NCBI GenBank assembly: GCA_965223345.1
Contig: CBDCWG010000012.1
Coordinates: 800,001-864,000 of the forward strand
DNA length: 64,000 nucleotides
Direction: 5' to 3'
Source of the DNA: Nitrospinales bacterium
GTDB lineage: Bacteria; Nitrospinota; Nitrospinia; Nitrospinales; VA-1
In this document: positions 1 through 9,903 of the stretch, in pieces
Position numbering within the stretch: the first letter of the stretch is position 1
Layout of the letters: each line of letters starts with the position of its first letter
Translations under genes and position numbers: made by a program
Notes under the pieces: generated by a model
Told to the model about the DNA's origin: nothing
Databases searched by the model: none
Seen by the model: the letters and a program-made list of their open reading frames with translations, nothing else

Positions 1-1
1 C

Positions 2-685
2 CGGTTGTACAGTTTGAATCAGCAGCCTGAGGAGGCGGTGAAGCTGCTGAAAAAAGCGGTCGAGATGCAGCCTGAAAACGATTCGTTGTACCATTCGCTC
101 TCGCTCGCCTACATGACCAGTGAGAAGTACGATCTGGCGATCGAAAACATGCGCACCGCGATCACCCTCAACGACAGCAAGGATTCCTATTATTTTGAAT
201 TGGGTGCCCTGCTGGAACGGTCCGGCGAGTACGACAGCGCGATCGAAAACATGCAGCGCGCCATCGAGATCAACCCGATGCATTCCAACGCGCACAATTT
301 TCTCGGCTACATGTATGCCACTCAGGGCCGGTATCTGGACAAAGCGCTCACGCATTTAAAGAAAGCCCTTTCGATCCAGCCGCGCAACGGCTACTTTCTG
401 GACAGCCTCGGATGGATCTATTACAAAAAAGGCGAATCGCAAAAGGCGCTTCAGGAGATCAAAAAAGCCATGGTCTACACCGCGCCGGACCCGGTGCTTT
501 ACGACCACCTGGGGGACATTCAGTTTTCTTTGAAAAATTACTCGGAGGCGAGTGGCGCCTGGAAAACCAGCCTGTCCCTGACGCGCATCAAAAAAGAAGA
601 GGATGAGGCCGGAGAATTGCCCGATCCCAAGGTCTTGAAAGAGAAGATCGAAAAGGCGCACAACCTTCTCAGGCAAGGATTTTAG
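2..685 (+). CDS. TPR-repeat protein, 5'-truncated by the window edge
   Basis: Consecutive TPR units and the NFLGY...DSLGWIYY motif typical of the TPR protein that precedes lolB/ispE; the frame is open from the window start. Confidence 0.85.
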   Translation, partial: RLYSLNQQPEEAVKLLKKAVEMQPENDSLYHSLSLAYMTSEKYDLAIENMRTAITLNDSKDSYYFELGALLERSGEYDSAIENMQRAIEINPMHSNAHNFLGYMYATQGRYLDKALTHLKKALSIQPRNGYFLDSLGWIYYKKGESQKALQEIKKAMVYTAPDPVLYDHLGDIQFSLKNYSEASGAWKTSLSLTRIKKEEDEAGELPDPKVLKEKIEKAHNLLRQGF

Positions 686-702
686 GTTTCCTCCTGCATA
701 GC

Positions 703-1521
703 ATGATGATTCTGAGGACATTTGCATTTCCCACCGCAGCATTCTGGGGGCTGGCGGCGGTCGGCTTTTTTCTGTCTGCCTGCCAAACCGTGCCCGGCGG
801 TTCCGATCATCTTTCCCGCGACCAGGTTTCCCTCGAATACATCCACCAGACCCTGCTCGAGCGGCAATCCGGCATTAACGACCTGAAATCCTTCGTCAAC
901 ACCAAGGTGCGGGGAAAGAAGATACGGCACTCGTTCCGGCAGGTGATCCTGGTTCGGGACGACAATTCCTTGAGGATCGACACCTTCAACCTGTTCGGCC
1001 AGACCCTGGGGGTTTTCATCATCGACGGGCCCAACACGCTGCTCTACGACCCGGGACGCAACCGCTTGTTTCGCGGACGAGATGTGAACGCCATGCTGCA
1101 AAGGACGATCGGCATCAATCTCGATCTGCGCGCCTATGCCAGCGTGTTTTTCGGCAACATCCCGCAACTGCACCAGCTCAAAATCATCCGCGGCCGTCTC
1201 AGCGAAGACCGCAAACAGTACCAGCTGACGGCAATCGATCCTGAAAAGAAAGGCACGGTGGAGATCGATCTGGACGCGTTCACGCTGCTTCCTTCTCGGG
1301 TGTCGCGGCTGGACAACGGCGAGCCCACCTATCAGGTCCACTGGGAGGATTACCGCCGGGTGGGCGACCGCGATTTCCCCCATCGCTTGACCCTGGAATT
1401 GCCCGTACGCGGCGAAACCATGACGCTCAAGTACACGGATCCCACGCTCAATGCGGGGCTGCCCGGAGACGCGTTCGACCTGCCCAAGGAGGCGGAGAGC
1501 CTTTCCCTCTCGCGGTATTAG
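703..1521 (+). CDS. LolB/DUF4292-like lipoprotein
   Basis: Lipobox FLSAC after a hydrophobic leader; beta-rich LolA/LolB-like body; lies between the TPR gene and ispE. Confidence 0.65.
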   Translation: MMILRTFAFPTAAFWGLAAVGFFLSACQTVPGGSDHLSRDQVSLEYIHQTLLERQSGINDLKSFVNTKVRGKKIRHSFRQVILVRDDNSLRIDTFNLFGQTLGVFIIDGPNTLLYDPGRNRLFRGRDVNAMLQRTIGINLDLRAYASVFFGNIPQLHQLKIIRGRLSEDRKQYQLTAIDPEKKGTVEIDLDAFTLLPSRVSRLDNGEPTYQVHWEDYRRVGDRDFPHRLTLELPVRGETMTLKYTDPTLNAGLPGDAFDLPKEAESLSLSRY

Positions 1522-1537
1522 CCCGATCCGGGCTCCC

Positions 1538-2440
1538 ATGCGACTCTCATTCAAAACTCCCGCGAAAATCAATCTGGGGCTTTTCATCTTGGGCAAGCGG
1601 CCCGATGGCTACCACGAACTGGAAACCCTCCTGCAGATGGTGTCTTTGTTCGATGAGATCGATCTGGAGCCGGTCGCTCAGGGCATCGAGCTGGAATGTT
1701 GTGCGCCGGGGATCCCTCAGGATGCTTCCAATCTGGCCGTCCGGGCGGCGGCGCTGCTTCGCGATGCGTTTCCCGAAAAAAGTTCGGGAGTGCGAATTCA
1801 TCTCAAAAAGAATATCCCGGCCGGTGCCGGGCTCGGCGGGGGCAGCGGCAATGCGGCGGGGGTTCTGATGGGGCTCAACCGACTGTGGGATCTCAAATTG
1901 ACACGGGATCGGCTTTCCACATTTGCGGCGCAGCTCGGCTCGGATGTCCCCTTCTTCCTGTGGGGGCCGTGCGCGCTGGGCCGGGGGCGCGGAGAGATCA
2001 TGGAGCCGGTGGCGAAACCCTCTGGAAAATTTAGCGTCGTTTTGGTTTACCCAGGCTTTCCAATCACCACTTCCGAGGTCTATCGGGCCTTAAAAATCAA
2101 GTTGACAAAGCCCGGAAATCATATTAGCATTCTCGAAAAATTTTTATCTGAATCGGAGATCGTCGCCTTAGGGAGCCGATTGCACAACGACTTGGAACCT
2201 GTTGTGGAAGAACGGTTTCCAGAAATCGAGGCCATCAAAATTGAACTTTTAGCTCAAGGGGCGAAAGGGGCTCTTCTATCTGGGAGTGGTTCTACAGTCT
2301 TTGGCATTTTTGACAGCCCGGAGCAGGCGAACGCAGCCTGCTCGAAAATGAAACGAAGTGACAAAGGGTTGTTGTTTGTTACGGAAACCATTTCAGAGGT
2401 TTCCGAATTTTTGCCAGAGGAAATGCTGAATTACCCATAA
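1538..2440 (+). CDS. ispE: 4-diphosphocytidyl-2-C-methyl-D-erythritol kinase
   Basis: PAKINLGL...RPDGYHELET, KNIPAGAGLGGGSGNAA, LGSDVPFF, LSGSGSTVFG; start placed at the ATG at 1538. Confidence 0.95.
   Translation: MRLSFKTPAKINLGLFILGKRPDGYHELETLLQMVSLFDEIDLEPVAQGIELECCAPGIPQDASNLAVRAAALLRDAFPEKSSGVRIHLKKNIPAGAGLGGGSGNAAGVLMGLNRLWDLKLTRDRLSTFAAQLGSDVPFFLWGPCALGRGRGEIMEPVAKPSGKFSVVLVYPGFPITTSEVYRALKIKLTKPGNHISILEKFLSESEIVALGSRLHNDLEPVVEERFPEIEAIKIELLAQGAKGALLSGSGSTVFGIFDSPEQANAACSKMKRSDKGLLFVTETISEVSEFLPEEMLNYP
2102..2130 (+). promoter_or_regulatory. Sigma70-like promoter inside ispE, probably driving tRNA-Gln-prs-rplY-pth
   Basis: TTGACA (2102-2107), 17-nt spacer, TAGCAT (2125-2130). Confidence 0.6.
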
Positions 2441-2630
2441 CGTTGCGAGGATCCCTTGCGCAATCGCACTGGGCTCACTTCCGGCATCACGCCTCCTCCC
2501 CGTATCCCGTTCCCGTTTTAAATCCGCAATCATTTGATTTTTTTGGGATCATTTTTTTTCGGCTCGACCCATGACCCGGTATCCGAGGGTGATTGATTCC
2601 GGTCACCGTTAGAAGCATCGTGAAGGTTTT

Positions 2631-2703
2631 TGGGGCGTCGACAAGCGGCTAAGTCACAGGATTTTGGTTCCTGCATTCGGAGGTTCGAATCCTCCCGCCC
2701 CAG
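2631..2703 (+). tRNA. tRNA-Gln(TTG)
   Basis: Acceptor stem TGGGGCG/CGCCCCA, anticodon arm CAGGA-TTTTGGT-TCCTG, T-loop GGTTCGAATCC; CCA not encoded; classic ispE-tRNA-Gln-prs position. Confidence 0.95.
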
Positions 2704-2721
2704 TTTTATTCAAGAGGCTGT

Positions 2722-3675
2722 ATGGACGCACATGAAAATGGCAGGGTTCTGGTGTTTTCCGGAAGGGCAAATCCTCTCCTGGCAGAGGATATTTGCCGTT
2801 ATATGAACGTCGCTCTCGGAAGAACGGTCATCCGCGATTTTTCCGACCAGGAAATTTACGTGAAGATCGATGAAAACGTGCGCGGCGGCGATGTGTTCGT
2901 GATCCAATCCACCTGCAATCCCGGAAACACCAACCTGATGGAAATGCTCATCATGATCGATGCGCTCAGGCGTTCCTCGGCCAAGCGCATCACGGCCGTG
3001 CTGCCTTACTACGGCTACGCCCGGCAGGACCGCAAATGCGAGCCCCGGGTCCCCATCACGTCCAAGCTGGTGGCGGACCTGCTGGAGACCGCCGGCACCG
3101 ACCGGGTGTTGACGGTGGATCTGCATGCCGGGCAGATCCAGGGGTTTTTCAATGTGCCGGTGGACCATCTTTTTGCGATGAACGTTCTGGTCAAATACAT
3201 CAAGGAGCTCAATCTCAAGGATATGATCGTCATCTCACCCGATGCGGGCGGGGTGGAGCGGGCGCGGGCGTTCGCCAAGCGCCTGGGAACGTCGCTCGCC
3301 ATCATCGACAAACGCCGGGAGCTCCCCAACGAAGCGAAGGCGATGAACATCATCGGTGATGTGAAAGGGAAAGTGGCGTTCATCGTCGATGACATGATCG
3401 ACACCGCAGGCACCCTGATGGAAGCGACCGATGCGCTGCTGCAACAAGGCGCCACGGAGGTGCACGCCTGCTGCACGCATCCGGTGCTTTCCGGTCCGGC
3501 GGCGAAACGGATCGAGAAATCGCCGCTCAAATCGCTGGTGGCCACCAACACGATTCCCTTGCACGACACTCTGGAGAACAATCCAAAAGTCAAAATATTA
3601 TCCGTCGCTCCCCTCCTGGGGGAGGCGATTCTCAGGATTCACCGCGAGACTTCGGTGAGTTCGTTATTCGATTGA
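2722..3675 (+). CDS. prs: Ribose-phosphate pyrophosphokinase
   Basis: [41 protein letters not shown]. Confidence 0.97.
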   Translation: MDAHENGRVLVFSGRANPLLAEDICRYMNVALGRTVIRDFSDQEIYVKIDENVRGGDVFVIQSTCNPGNTNLMEMLIMIDALRRSSAKRITAVLPYYGYARQDRKCEPRVPITSKLVADLLETAGTDRVLTVDLHAGQIQGFFNVPVDHLFAMNVLVKYIKELNLKDMIVISPDAGGVERARAFAKRLGTSLAIIDKRRELPNEAKAMNIIGDVKGKVAFIVDDMIDTAGTLMEATDALLQQGATEVHACCTHPVLSGPAAKRIEKSPLKSLVATNTIPLHDTLENNPKVKILSVAPLLGEAILRIHRETSVSSLFD

Positions 3676-3687
3676 TCGGGAGGCATC

Positions 3688-4359
3688 ATGGCGTCAGCCG
3701 CATTGGAAGGAAAACTGAGGGATCAAAAAGGCAAGTCCGCCGCGCGGAAAGCCCGGAGGGAAAACTTCCTGCCCGGAGTTCTGTACGGCATGAAGGACAA
3801 CCTGCTCTTAAATGTCAATCCCAAGCAATTGCACAAGATCCTTGAGAGAAAGGGACAGAACACCCTGATCGAGCTGAACCTGGAAGGCGACAGCGCGCAG
3901 AAGCGTCAGGTGATTTTGAAGGACTTTCAAAAACACCCGCTCAGGGAAGACTGGCTGCATGTGGATTTTCTGGAAGTGGACATGAACAAGAAAACCAAGG
4001 TCCTCGTTCCGATCAAACTCATGGGCCACTCGCCGGGCGAGAAGCTGGGCGGGCTGGTGAACCACGTGATGAAGGAATTGCACGTGGAGTGTCTGCCCGG
4101 CGATATTCCGGAAGGACTTGAAATCGACATGACCCAGGTGCAATTGGGGGACGTGGTGCACGTCCGCGACCTGCCGGTTTCGGAAAAGATGACGATCACC
4201 GACGATCCGGCCGACACGGTGGTCAGCGTGTACCTTGAGAAGGTCAAAGAAGAGGAGCCGGCTGAAGGCGAGGAAGGCGAGGCCGTCGAAGGTGAAGCCG
4301 CCGCCGATGCCGAAACCAAGGAAGAAAACAAGGACGCCGATAAGAAAGAAGGGTCCTGA
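3688..4359 (+). CDS. rplY: 50S ribosomal protein L25/Ctc
   Basis: GKSAARKARR...PGVLYG, HVDF, C-terminal Ctc domain with acidic tail; prs-rplY-pth order. Confidence 0.95.
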   Translation: MASAALEGKLRDQKGKSAARKARRENFLPGVLYGMKDNLLLNVNPKQLHKILERKGQNTLIELNLEGDSAQKRQVILKDFQKHPLREDWLHVDFLEVDMNKKTKVLVPIKLMGHSPGEKLGGLVNHVMKELHVECLPGDIPEGLEIDMTQVQLGDVVHVRDLPVSEKMTITDDPADTVVSVYLEKVKEEEPAEGEEGEAVEGEAAADAETKEENKDADKKEGS

Positions 4360-4367
4360 TCTCAGCT

Positions 4368-4925
4368 GTGTACCTCATATTGGGGCTGGGCAATCCCGGG
4401 CCGCGGTATGAACTGACGCGACACAATGCCGGGTTTCTCGTCGTGGACAACCTGGCGGAAAAGCACAACATTGCGTTGACGCGTCATGGCTACCAATGCC
4501 TCTACGGGCAGGGAACGATCGACGATCTCGATGTCGTGGTGGCCAAGCCCATGACTTATATGAACCGGAGTGGCCGGTCCGCCAAGGCGCTGCTGTCCGC
4601 CTTGAAGTTGCTTCCGGAACAGGTTGTTGTCGTGCATGACGACATCGACCTTCCTTTGGGAAAAATCAAAAAGAAGAGCAAGGGAGGGGACGGGGGCCAG
4701 CTCGGCATCCGGTCCATCACCGAGTGCCTTCAGACCCGGGAATACCACCGGATCCGCATCGGCATCGGGCGGCCCGAGGACCGGGACGATATCGTAGATT
4801 ACGTGCTGACCCCGTTTGAGGATGAAGAAATGGAAGCGCTGAATACGGTCATCGAAAATGCGGTGCAGCTGATTGAAGCGACGCTCAAGGAACTCAACAA
4901 ACGAACTCATCTAACGGAGGATTAA
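4368..4925 (+). CDS. pth: Peptidyl-tRNA hydrolase
   Basis: [41 protein letters not shown]. Confidence 0.95.
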   Translation: MYLILGLGNPGPRYELTRHNAGFLVVDNLAEKHNIALTRHGYQCLYGQGTIDDLDVVVAKPMTYMNRSGRSAKALLSALKLLPEQVVVVHDDIDLPLGKIKKKSKGGDGGQLGIRSITECLQTREYHRIRIGIGRPEDRDDIVDYVLTPFEDEEMEALNTVIENAVQLIEATLKELNKRTHLTED

Positions 4926-4930
4926 TCAGG

Positions 4931-7006
4931 ATGCTAAAGGAATACACCGGAGAGCTGATATTTGTCGGCATATCCATTTTGGTTTATGTGTTGATGGCTC
5001 TCTTCGACGCATCGCACAATTTTGTCTATTTCGCCATTGTGTTCGGTTTGTTCGGCCTCGTGGTGGCCTGGAAAATATTTGAAAACGTCGATGACCAGCC
5101 CGAAGGCAATGAGAAGATGATGGAAATCGCCGACTCCATTCACGAAGGTGCGATGGTGTTCCTGTCCCGCGAGTACCGCATCCTGGGTTATTTCATCGGC
5201 GCGGTGTTTCTGCTTTTGCTCATCGTCATCTCCACCCAGAAGGGCCTTTGGATCGGCTTCTGGACGGCGGTGTCCTACGCCATCGGCGCCGGCTGCTCGA
5301 TGCTGGCGGGCTTTTTCGGAATGAACGCGGCGACCACCGCAAACGTGCGCACCTCACAGGCCGCAAACGACAGCGGCCAGGCCAAGGCCCTCAACATCGC
5401 CTTCAACGGCGGATCGGTGATGGGCCTGTGCGTGGCCAGCCTCGGGCTCGTGGGTGTGGGCGGTCTGTTCCTGCTTTTCGCCCGCGGCGACTCGGCCAGC
5501 GTGATCAGCGGTTTCGCGATGGGCGCGAGTTCCATCGCCCTGTTCGCGCGTGTGGGCGGCGGCATCTACACCAAGACCGCCGACGTCGGGTCGGATCTGG
5601 TGGGTAAAGTGGAAGCGGGCATTCCGGAAGACGATCCGAGAAACCCGGGCGTCATCGCCGACAACGTGGGCGACTGCGTGGGCGACACGGCGGGACTGGG
5701 AGCGGATATCTTTGAATCCTACTGCGGTTCGATGATCGCGACGATCGCCATCGGCGCGAGCATGGCGACGATGAAATTCGAGTACATGTCGCTTCCCGTG
5801 ATCATCGCGATGGTCGGATTGATTTCATCCATCGTCGGCATCCGCGCCATGAACGTGCTGGAAAACATGGATCCCGCATCGGCGCTGCGTAACTGCACCT
5901 TCGTGAGCGCGTTCGTCATGCTGTTCGTCGCGGTCATCGTCATCAAATTCATGGGACTGCCTTGGGGCGTCTTCTGGGCGCTGTTGTTCGGCTGCGTGGC
6001 CGGTATCGCCATCGGGCTGATCACCGAGTACTACACGGCGCACGGGCCGGTGGTCAAGATCGCCGAATCCAGCAAAACCGGTGTGGCTACCGTGATGATC
6101 ACCGGTCTTGCGGTGGCGATGGAAAGCACGGTGCTGCCAGTGATCATCATTGCGGTCGCCATTTTCGCAGGCTCCGAATCCGCCGGGTTGTACGGCGTGG
6201 CGCTGTCCGCTGTGGGCATGCTAGCGACGGTGGGCATCACCATGTCGGTGGACGCCTACGGTCCCATCGCCGACAACGCGGGCGGCATTTCCGAAATGGC
6301 GGGCCTGGGTGAGGACACCCGCAAAATCACCGACGGTCTGGATGCGGTGGGCAACACCACGGCGGCGATCGGAAAAGGATTCGCCATCGGTTCTGCGGCG
6401 CTGACGGCGCTGGCGCTGTTTTCAGCGTTCACGCAGGCGGCGGGCATCGAGGCCATCGATATCACCCAAACAACGGTCATCATCGGCGTGCTGGTGGGTG
6501 GTGTGGTTCCGTTCTTTGTGGCAGCGTTGACCATGACCTCCGTCGGCAAAGCGGCCTTCACCATGGTCGAGGAAATCCGGCGGCAGTTCCGCGAGATTCC
6601 GGGATTGATGGAAGGCACCGGAAAGCCGGACAGCGCGCGCTGCATCGACATCAGCACCCAGGCGGCTCTACGCGAAATGATCGCTCCGGGTGTGGTGGCG
6701 TTCACGATGCCCATCGTCATCGGGTTCGCGATGGGGGCGGAAGCGCTGGGAGGCATGCTGGTGGGTTCGACCCTTGTGGGTGTTCTGCTCGCGCTGTTCA
6801 TGTCGAACGGCGGCGGCGCCTGGGACAACGCGAAAAAATACGTCGAAAGCGGCAACCTGGGCGGCAAGAATTCCGAGGCGCACAAAGCGACGGTCGTCGG
6901 CGACACCGTGGGCGATCCGCTGAAAGACACGTCGGGGCCTGCGATGAACATTCTCATCAAACTGATGTCCATCGTTTCTCTCGTGCTGGCGCCGCTTTTC
7001 ATTTGA
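4931..7006 (+). CDS. hppA: Membrane-integral ion-pumping pyrophosphatase (K+-dependent, probably Na+-pumping)
   Basis: [58 protein letters not shown]; many TM helices. Confidence 0.95.
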   Translation: MLKEYTGELIFVGISILVYVLMALFDASHNFVYFAIVFGLFGLVVAWKIFENVDDQPEGNEKMMEIADSIHEGAMVFLSREYRILGYFIGAVFLLLLIVISTQKGLWIGFWTAVSYAIGAGCSMLAGFFGMNAATTANVRTSQAANDSGQAKALNIAFNGGSVMGLCVASLGLVGVGGLFLLFARGDSASVISGFAMGASSIALFARVGGGIYTKTADVGSDLVGKVEAGIPEDDPRNPGVIADNVGDCVGDTAGLGADIFESYCGSMIATIAIGASMATMKFEYMSLPVIIAMVGLISSIVGIRAMNVLENMDPASALRNCTFVSAFVMLFVAVIVIKFMGLPWGVFWALLFGCVAGIAIGLITEYYTAHGPVVKIAESSKTGVATVMITGLAVAMESTVLPVIIIAVAIFAGSESAGLYGVALSAVGMLATVGITMSVDAYGPIADNAGGISEMAGLGEDTRKITDGLDAVGNTTAAIGKGFAIGSAALTALALFSAFTQAAGIEAIDITQTTVIIGVLVGGVVPFFVAALTMTSVGKAAFTMVEEIRRQFREIPGLMEGTGKPDSARCIDISTQAALREMIAPGVVAFTMPIVIGFAMGAEALGGMLVGSTLVGVLLALFMSNGGGAWDNAKKYVESGNLGGKNSEAHKATVVGDTVGDPLKDTSGPAMNILIKLMSIVSLVLAPLFI

Positions 7007-7028
7007 TTTAAAAATTTGCGATTCACTT

Positions 7029-7066
7029 GAGGGATGGGGGGAAACCCCCCATCCCTCTTTGTTTTT
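7029..7066 (+). terminator. Rho-independent terminator after hppA
   Basis: GAGGGATGGGGGG-AAA-CCCCCCATCCCTC stem followed by TTTGTTTTTT. Confidence 0.85.
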
Positions 7067-7118
7067 TACACGCGCGATCGGGAACGGTTTTCCCGAATGC
7101 GTTGAACCGGTTCTCACG

Positions 7119-7925
7119 ATGCGCAAATCCCTTCGATTCGGGCTGCACGATTTTCTCAACGCGCAGCCGCTTCTCGCTTCGCTTTCCGGTGATCAGAAAA
7201 ACTCCGGGATTGAGGTGGTGCGGGACACGCCTTCCGCTTTGGCCGAGCGGTTTGAAGCCGGTGAATTCGATCTCGCCATGATTCCCGCTGTGGCGTTTTT
7301 CAAGCTGAGCCCTGGACACCGCCTGCTGGATGGGATCTGCATCGCTTCGGACGGGAAAGTGGACACGGTTCTGTTCGCTGCCAGCGCTCCGCTTTCTTCC
7401 CTCAAATCCATCGCCTTCGATCGCCGGTCGCGCACGTCCATCGCTCTGTTGCAGATTTTGTTTGGTGATCGCTTTGCAGCCGATGTCGTGTACGAGCCGT
7501 TCGCTCCCGATCCCGAAGCCATGCTTGAATCGCGCCAGGCGGGGCTGATCATCGGCGATCAGGCGTTTCGCATTTCCCGGTTGCAAGCGGACTTGCAGGT
7601 GTTCGATCTCAGCGAGGCGTGGTTCGATCGCACCGGCCTGCCTTTTGTGCATGCGGTGATCGCGGTTCGCGAGGGCGTCGCGCTGGATCCTCAATTGCGG
7701 GAACGCATCGTGGACGCGCCGGAAGCAGGCCTTAAGCGGATGGATTCGTATTTGCCCGCGTACGCACAACAACAGGGACTGGATAAAGACGTCTGCGAAC
7801 GGTACCTGCGGCAGAGAATCCGCTATCGGCTGGGGAAAAAAGAGGTGGAGGGGTTGCTGCGCTTTCAGGGGATGTGCGTGGAGCGGGGACTGGTGCCGGA
7901 GAAGACCCCGATCGAGTTTGTATGA
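7119..7925 (+). CDS. mqnA: Chorismate dehydratase (futalosine menaquinone pathway)
   Basis: FLNAQPL, SRTSIAL, LIIGDQA, DLSEAW..TGLPFV motifs; start placed at ATG 7119. Confidence 0.85.
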   Translation: MRKSLRFGLHDFLNAQPLLASLSGDQKNSGIEVVRDTPSALAERFEAGEFDLAMIPAVAFFKLSPGHRLLDGICIASDGKVDTVLFAASAPLSSLKSIAFDRRSRTSIALLQILFGDRFAADVVYEPFAPDPEAMLESRQAGLIIGDQAFRISRLQADLQVFDLSEAWFDRTGLPFVHAVIAVREGVALDPQLRERIVDAPEAGLKRMDSYLPAYAQQQGLDKDVCERYLRQRIRYRLGKKEVEGLLRFQGMCVERGLVPEKTPIEFV

Positions 7926-7947
7926 ACGGGAGGGCGGAAGAAACCCG

Positions 7948-7977
7948 TTCCCGCCCGCGGTGACCCACGGGCGGGAA
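7948..7977. terminator. GC-rich hairpin between convergent genes
   Basis: TTCCCGCCCG...CGGGCGGGAA inverted repeat between the mqnA stop and the stop of the 614-aa gene. Confidence 0.45.
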
Positions 7978-7986
7978 GGATCGTGA

Positions 7987-9831
7987 TCAGTTGAACGCGG
8001 ATTTGAGGAAATCGACGGCTTTGCGCGCGGAGTTTTCGATGAAATCGAGATAGTTCCGCACATCCTCGGGCCGATCTTCCTGGGTCCCGGTCGTTTGCGC
8101 GTCACTTCCCGCATCCGCCGTCATGGTTGCGGAGTGGGCTCCCGTTCCTTCCAGCACTTCGGCCGTTTCTTCTTCAGACGCTTCGGCTTCTTCTGAAGAT
8201 TCGGTTTCCGCAGGGGCAGCTTCGGCCTGCTCCACTTCCTCTACAGCTTCGGGTTCCGCTTCCACTTCGGCGGTGTCTGCAGCGGCGGTCTCTTCGCTTT
8301 CATCACCGGAGGCCTCTGCGATCTCTTCGGCTGCATCCTCGCCGGACGCTTCCCCGGCGCTGGCCTCTTCAGATGTTTCGGCCGACGCTTCGACCACTTC
8401 TTCGGCTTCAGCGGGGGCGTCTGCGCTTTCAGCGACGGCTTCCGCTTCACTGGCATCGGAAGCGTCTGTGGCTTCCGCGGTCTCTTCAGCAGCTTCGCTC
8501 TCGCTGTCGGCGGCTTCTTCGGTGCCGGTCTCCGCAGTCGCCTCAGGAGGTGCTACGGCCACTTCTTCGTCGGGAATGTCCGTGCTTGCAGCAGTTGCCT
8601 CTTCGCTTTCATCGCCGGAGGCATCCGCGGTCTGCTCAGCTGCATCCTCGCCGGACGCTTCCCCGGTGCTGGCCTCTTCAGACGTCTCGGCCGACGCTAC
8701 GACCGCTTCTTCAGCTTCAGCGGGGGCGTCTGCGCTTTCAGCGACGGCTTCCGCTTCGCTTTCATCGGAAGCCTCCGTGGCCTCTGCGGTCTCTTCAGCA
8801 GCTTCGCTCTCGCTGGTGGCAGCTTCTTCGGTGCCGGTCCCTGCAGGCGTCTCAGCGGGTGCCAAAACCACTTCTTCGTCGGGGATGTCCGTGCTTTCAG
8901 CAGTTGCCTCTTCGCTTTCATCACCGGAGGCGTCTGCGGCCTGCTCGGCCTCGGCAGCAGGCTCTTCTGCAGCGGCCTCTTCAGTCTCGGCGTCGGCCGC
9001 GGCTGCTTCCGCTTCTATTGCCGCGGAAGCGTCGGCGGTCTGTTCGCCTTCGCTCACGCTGGGTACTGCTTCGGGAGCCTTTGCGGTTTCCGCAGTTTGT
9101 TCGGTTTCTTCGGCAGAAGCGGTGTCGGCGGCTTCGCCTTCGTCGCCTTCAGATGCAGTCGCCGGTTCCTGCGGATTCATGACGATCTGATCGTCCGGGA
9201 TGTCTTCGGCATCGCTCGCGGTTTCTTCGGCGGCGGCGCTCTCTTCCGCAGCCGCTTGCGCTGTTTCGGTGCTTTGCCCGGCCGTGTCACCCACGGTTTC
9301 TTCCTGGATGTCCACCACTTCCACTTCGTTTCCTTCTCCCACGGCCTTGACCGACATGCTGATGGACGGGTTTTCGGTTGCAGCCGGAACCGCGGACGCC
9401 GTCGTTTCGGGATTCATCCTGGCGGCGACTTCCTGTTTCAGCGTGTTGAGTTCTTTCTTTAAAGCGGTGAGCGACTCGGGAGTTTGAAAGGGGGCGTTGG
9501 CTTCGGTTTCCAGGCTTTTGAGCCGGGTCTGCATGGTGCCCAGAAGCGATTGGATTTCATCCAACGATTCCTGTTTGCTCTGCGACTGTTGGAACAGCGC
9601 GATCGACAGGCCGACGACCAGGACCAGAAGCGCGGCCACGGCGATCAGAGTGAGGTTTTTTTTATCCTGCTGGGAAGAGGAATTCCCGGCGGTCACCTCG
9701 GACGCTTCGTTTTGTTCTTGAGAGTCGGCGTTGTCGTCTGAGGATTGGCTGGTATCGTTTCCGTTTGAGTTGCTTTCGGTGTTTTTTTGTTCGGAGCCGG
9801 ATTTCTTTTTGTTGTCTTTCTTCTTTTTCAT
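7987..9831 (-). CDS. Single-TM, very acidic Ala/Glu-rich low-complexity protein of unknown function
   Basis: Lys-rich N-terminus, TM LTLIAVAALLVLVVGLSIALF, coiled coil, long A/E/S/T/D tract, short C-terminal helix. Confidence 0.8.
   Translation of the reverse strand: MKKKKDNKKKSGSEQKNTESNSNGNDTSQSSDDNADSQEQNEASEVTAGNSSSQQDKKNLTLIAVAALLVLVVGLSIALFQQSQSKQESLDEIQSLLGTMQTRLKSLETEANAPFQTPESLTALKKELNTLKQEVAARMNPETTASAVPAATENPSISMSVKAVGEGNEVEVVDIQEETVGDTAGQSTETAQAAAEESAAAEETASDAEDIPDDQIVMNPQEPATASEGDEGEAADTASAEETEQTAETAKAPEAVPSVSEGEQTADASAAIEAEAAAADAETEEAAAEEPAAEAEQAADASGDESEEATAESTDIPDEEVVLAPAETPAGTGTEEAATSESEAAEETAEATEASDESEAEAVAESADAPAEAEEAVVASAETSEEASTGEASGEDAAEQTADASGDESEEATAASTDIPDEEVAVAPPEATAETGTEEAADSESEAAEETAEATDASDASEAEAVAESADAPAEAEEVVEASAETSEEASAGEASGEDAAEEIAEASGDESEETAAADTAEVEAEPEAVEEVEQAEAAPAETESSEEAEASEEETAEVLEGTGAHSATMTADAGSDAQTTGTQEDRPEDVRNYLDFIENSARKAVDFLKSAFN
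8290..8940. repeat. Intragenic tandem repeat, 309-bp (103-aa) unit, about 2.1 copies
   Basis: TCTTCGCTTTCATC(A/G)CCGGAGGC recurs at about 8291, 8600 and 8909; the protein unit ADASGDESEEATA...GEDAAE is repeated. Confidence 0.9.
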
Positions 9832-9903
9832 GGCAAAGGTTGCCCATCTCAGGCGGAATTAAGGGTCCACGTGCTTACGATGGAGAGGCGCGTTCGCTTC
9901 CCA

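Noticed and set aside
2441..2630. Pyrimidine-rich ispE-tRNA spacer as a riboswitch or small gene
   Set aside because: No recognisable aptamer or credible ORF.
8123..9190. Ser/Ala-rich and Arg/Leu-rich plus-strand ORFs
   Set aside because: Antisense readings of the low-complexity acidic gene, which has the coherent TM and coiled-coil architecture.
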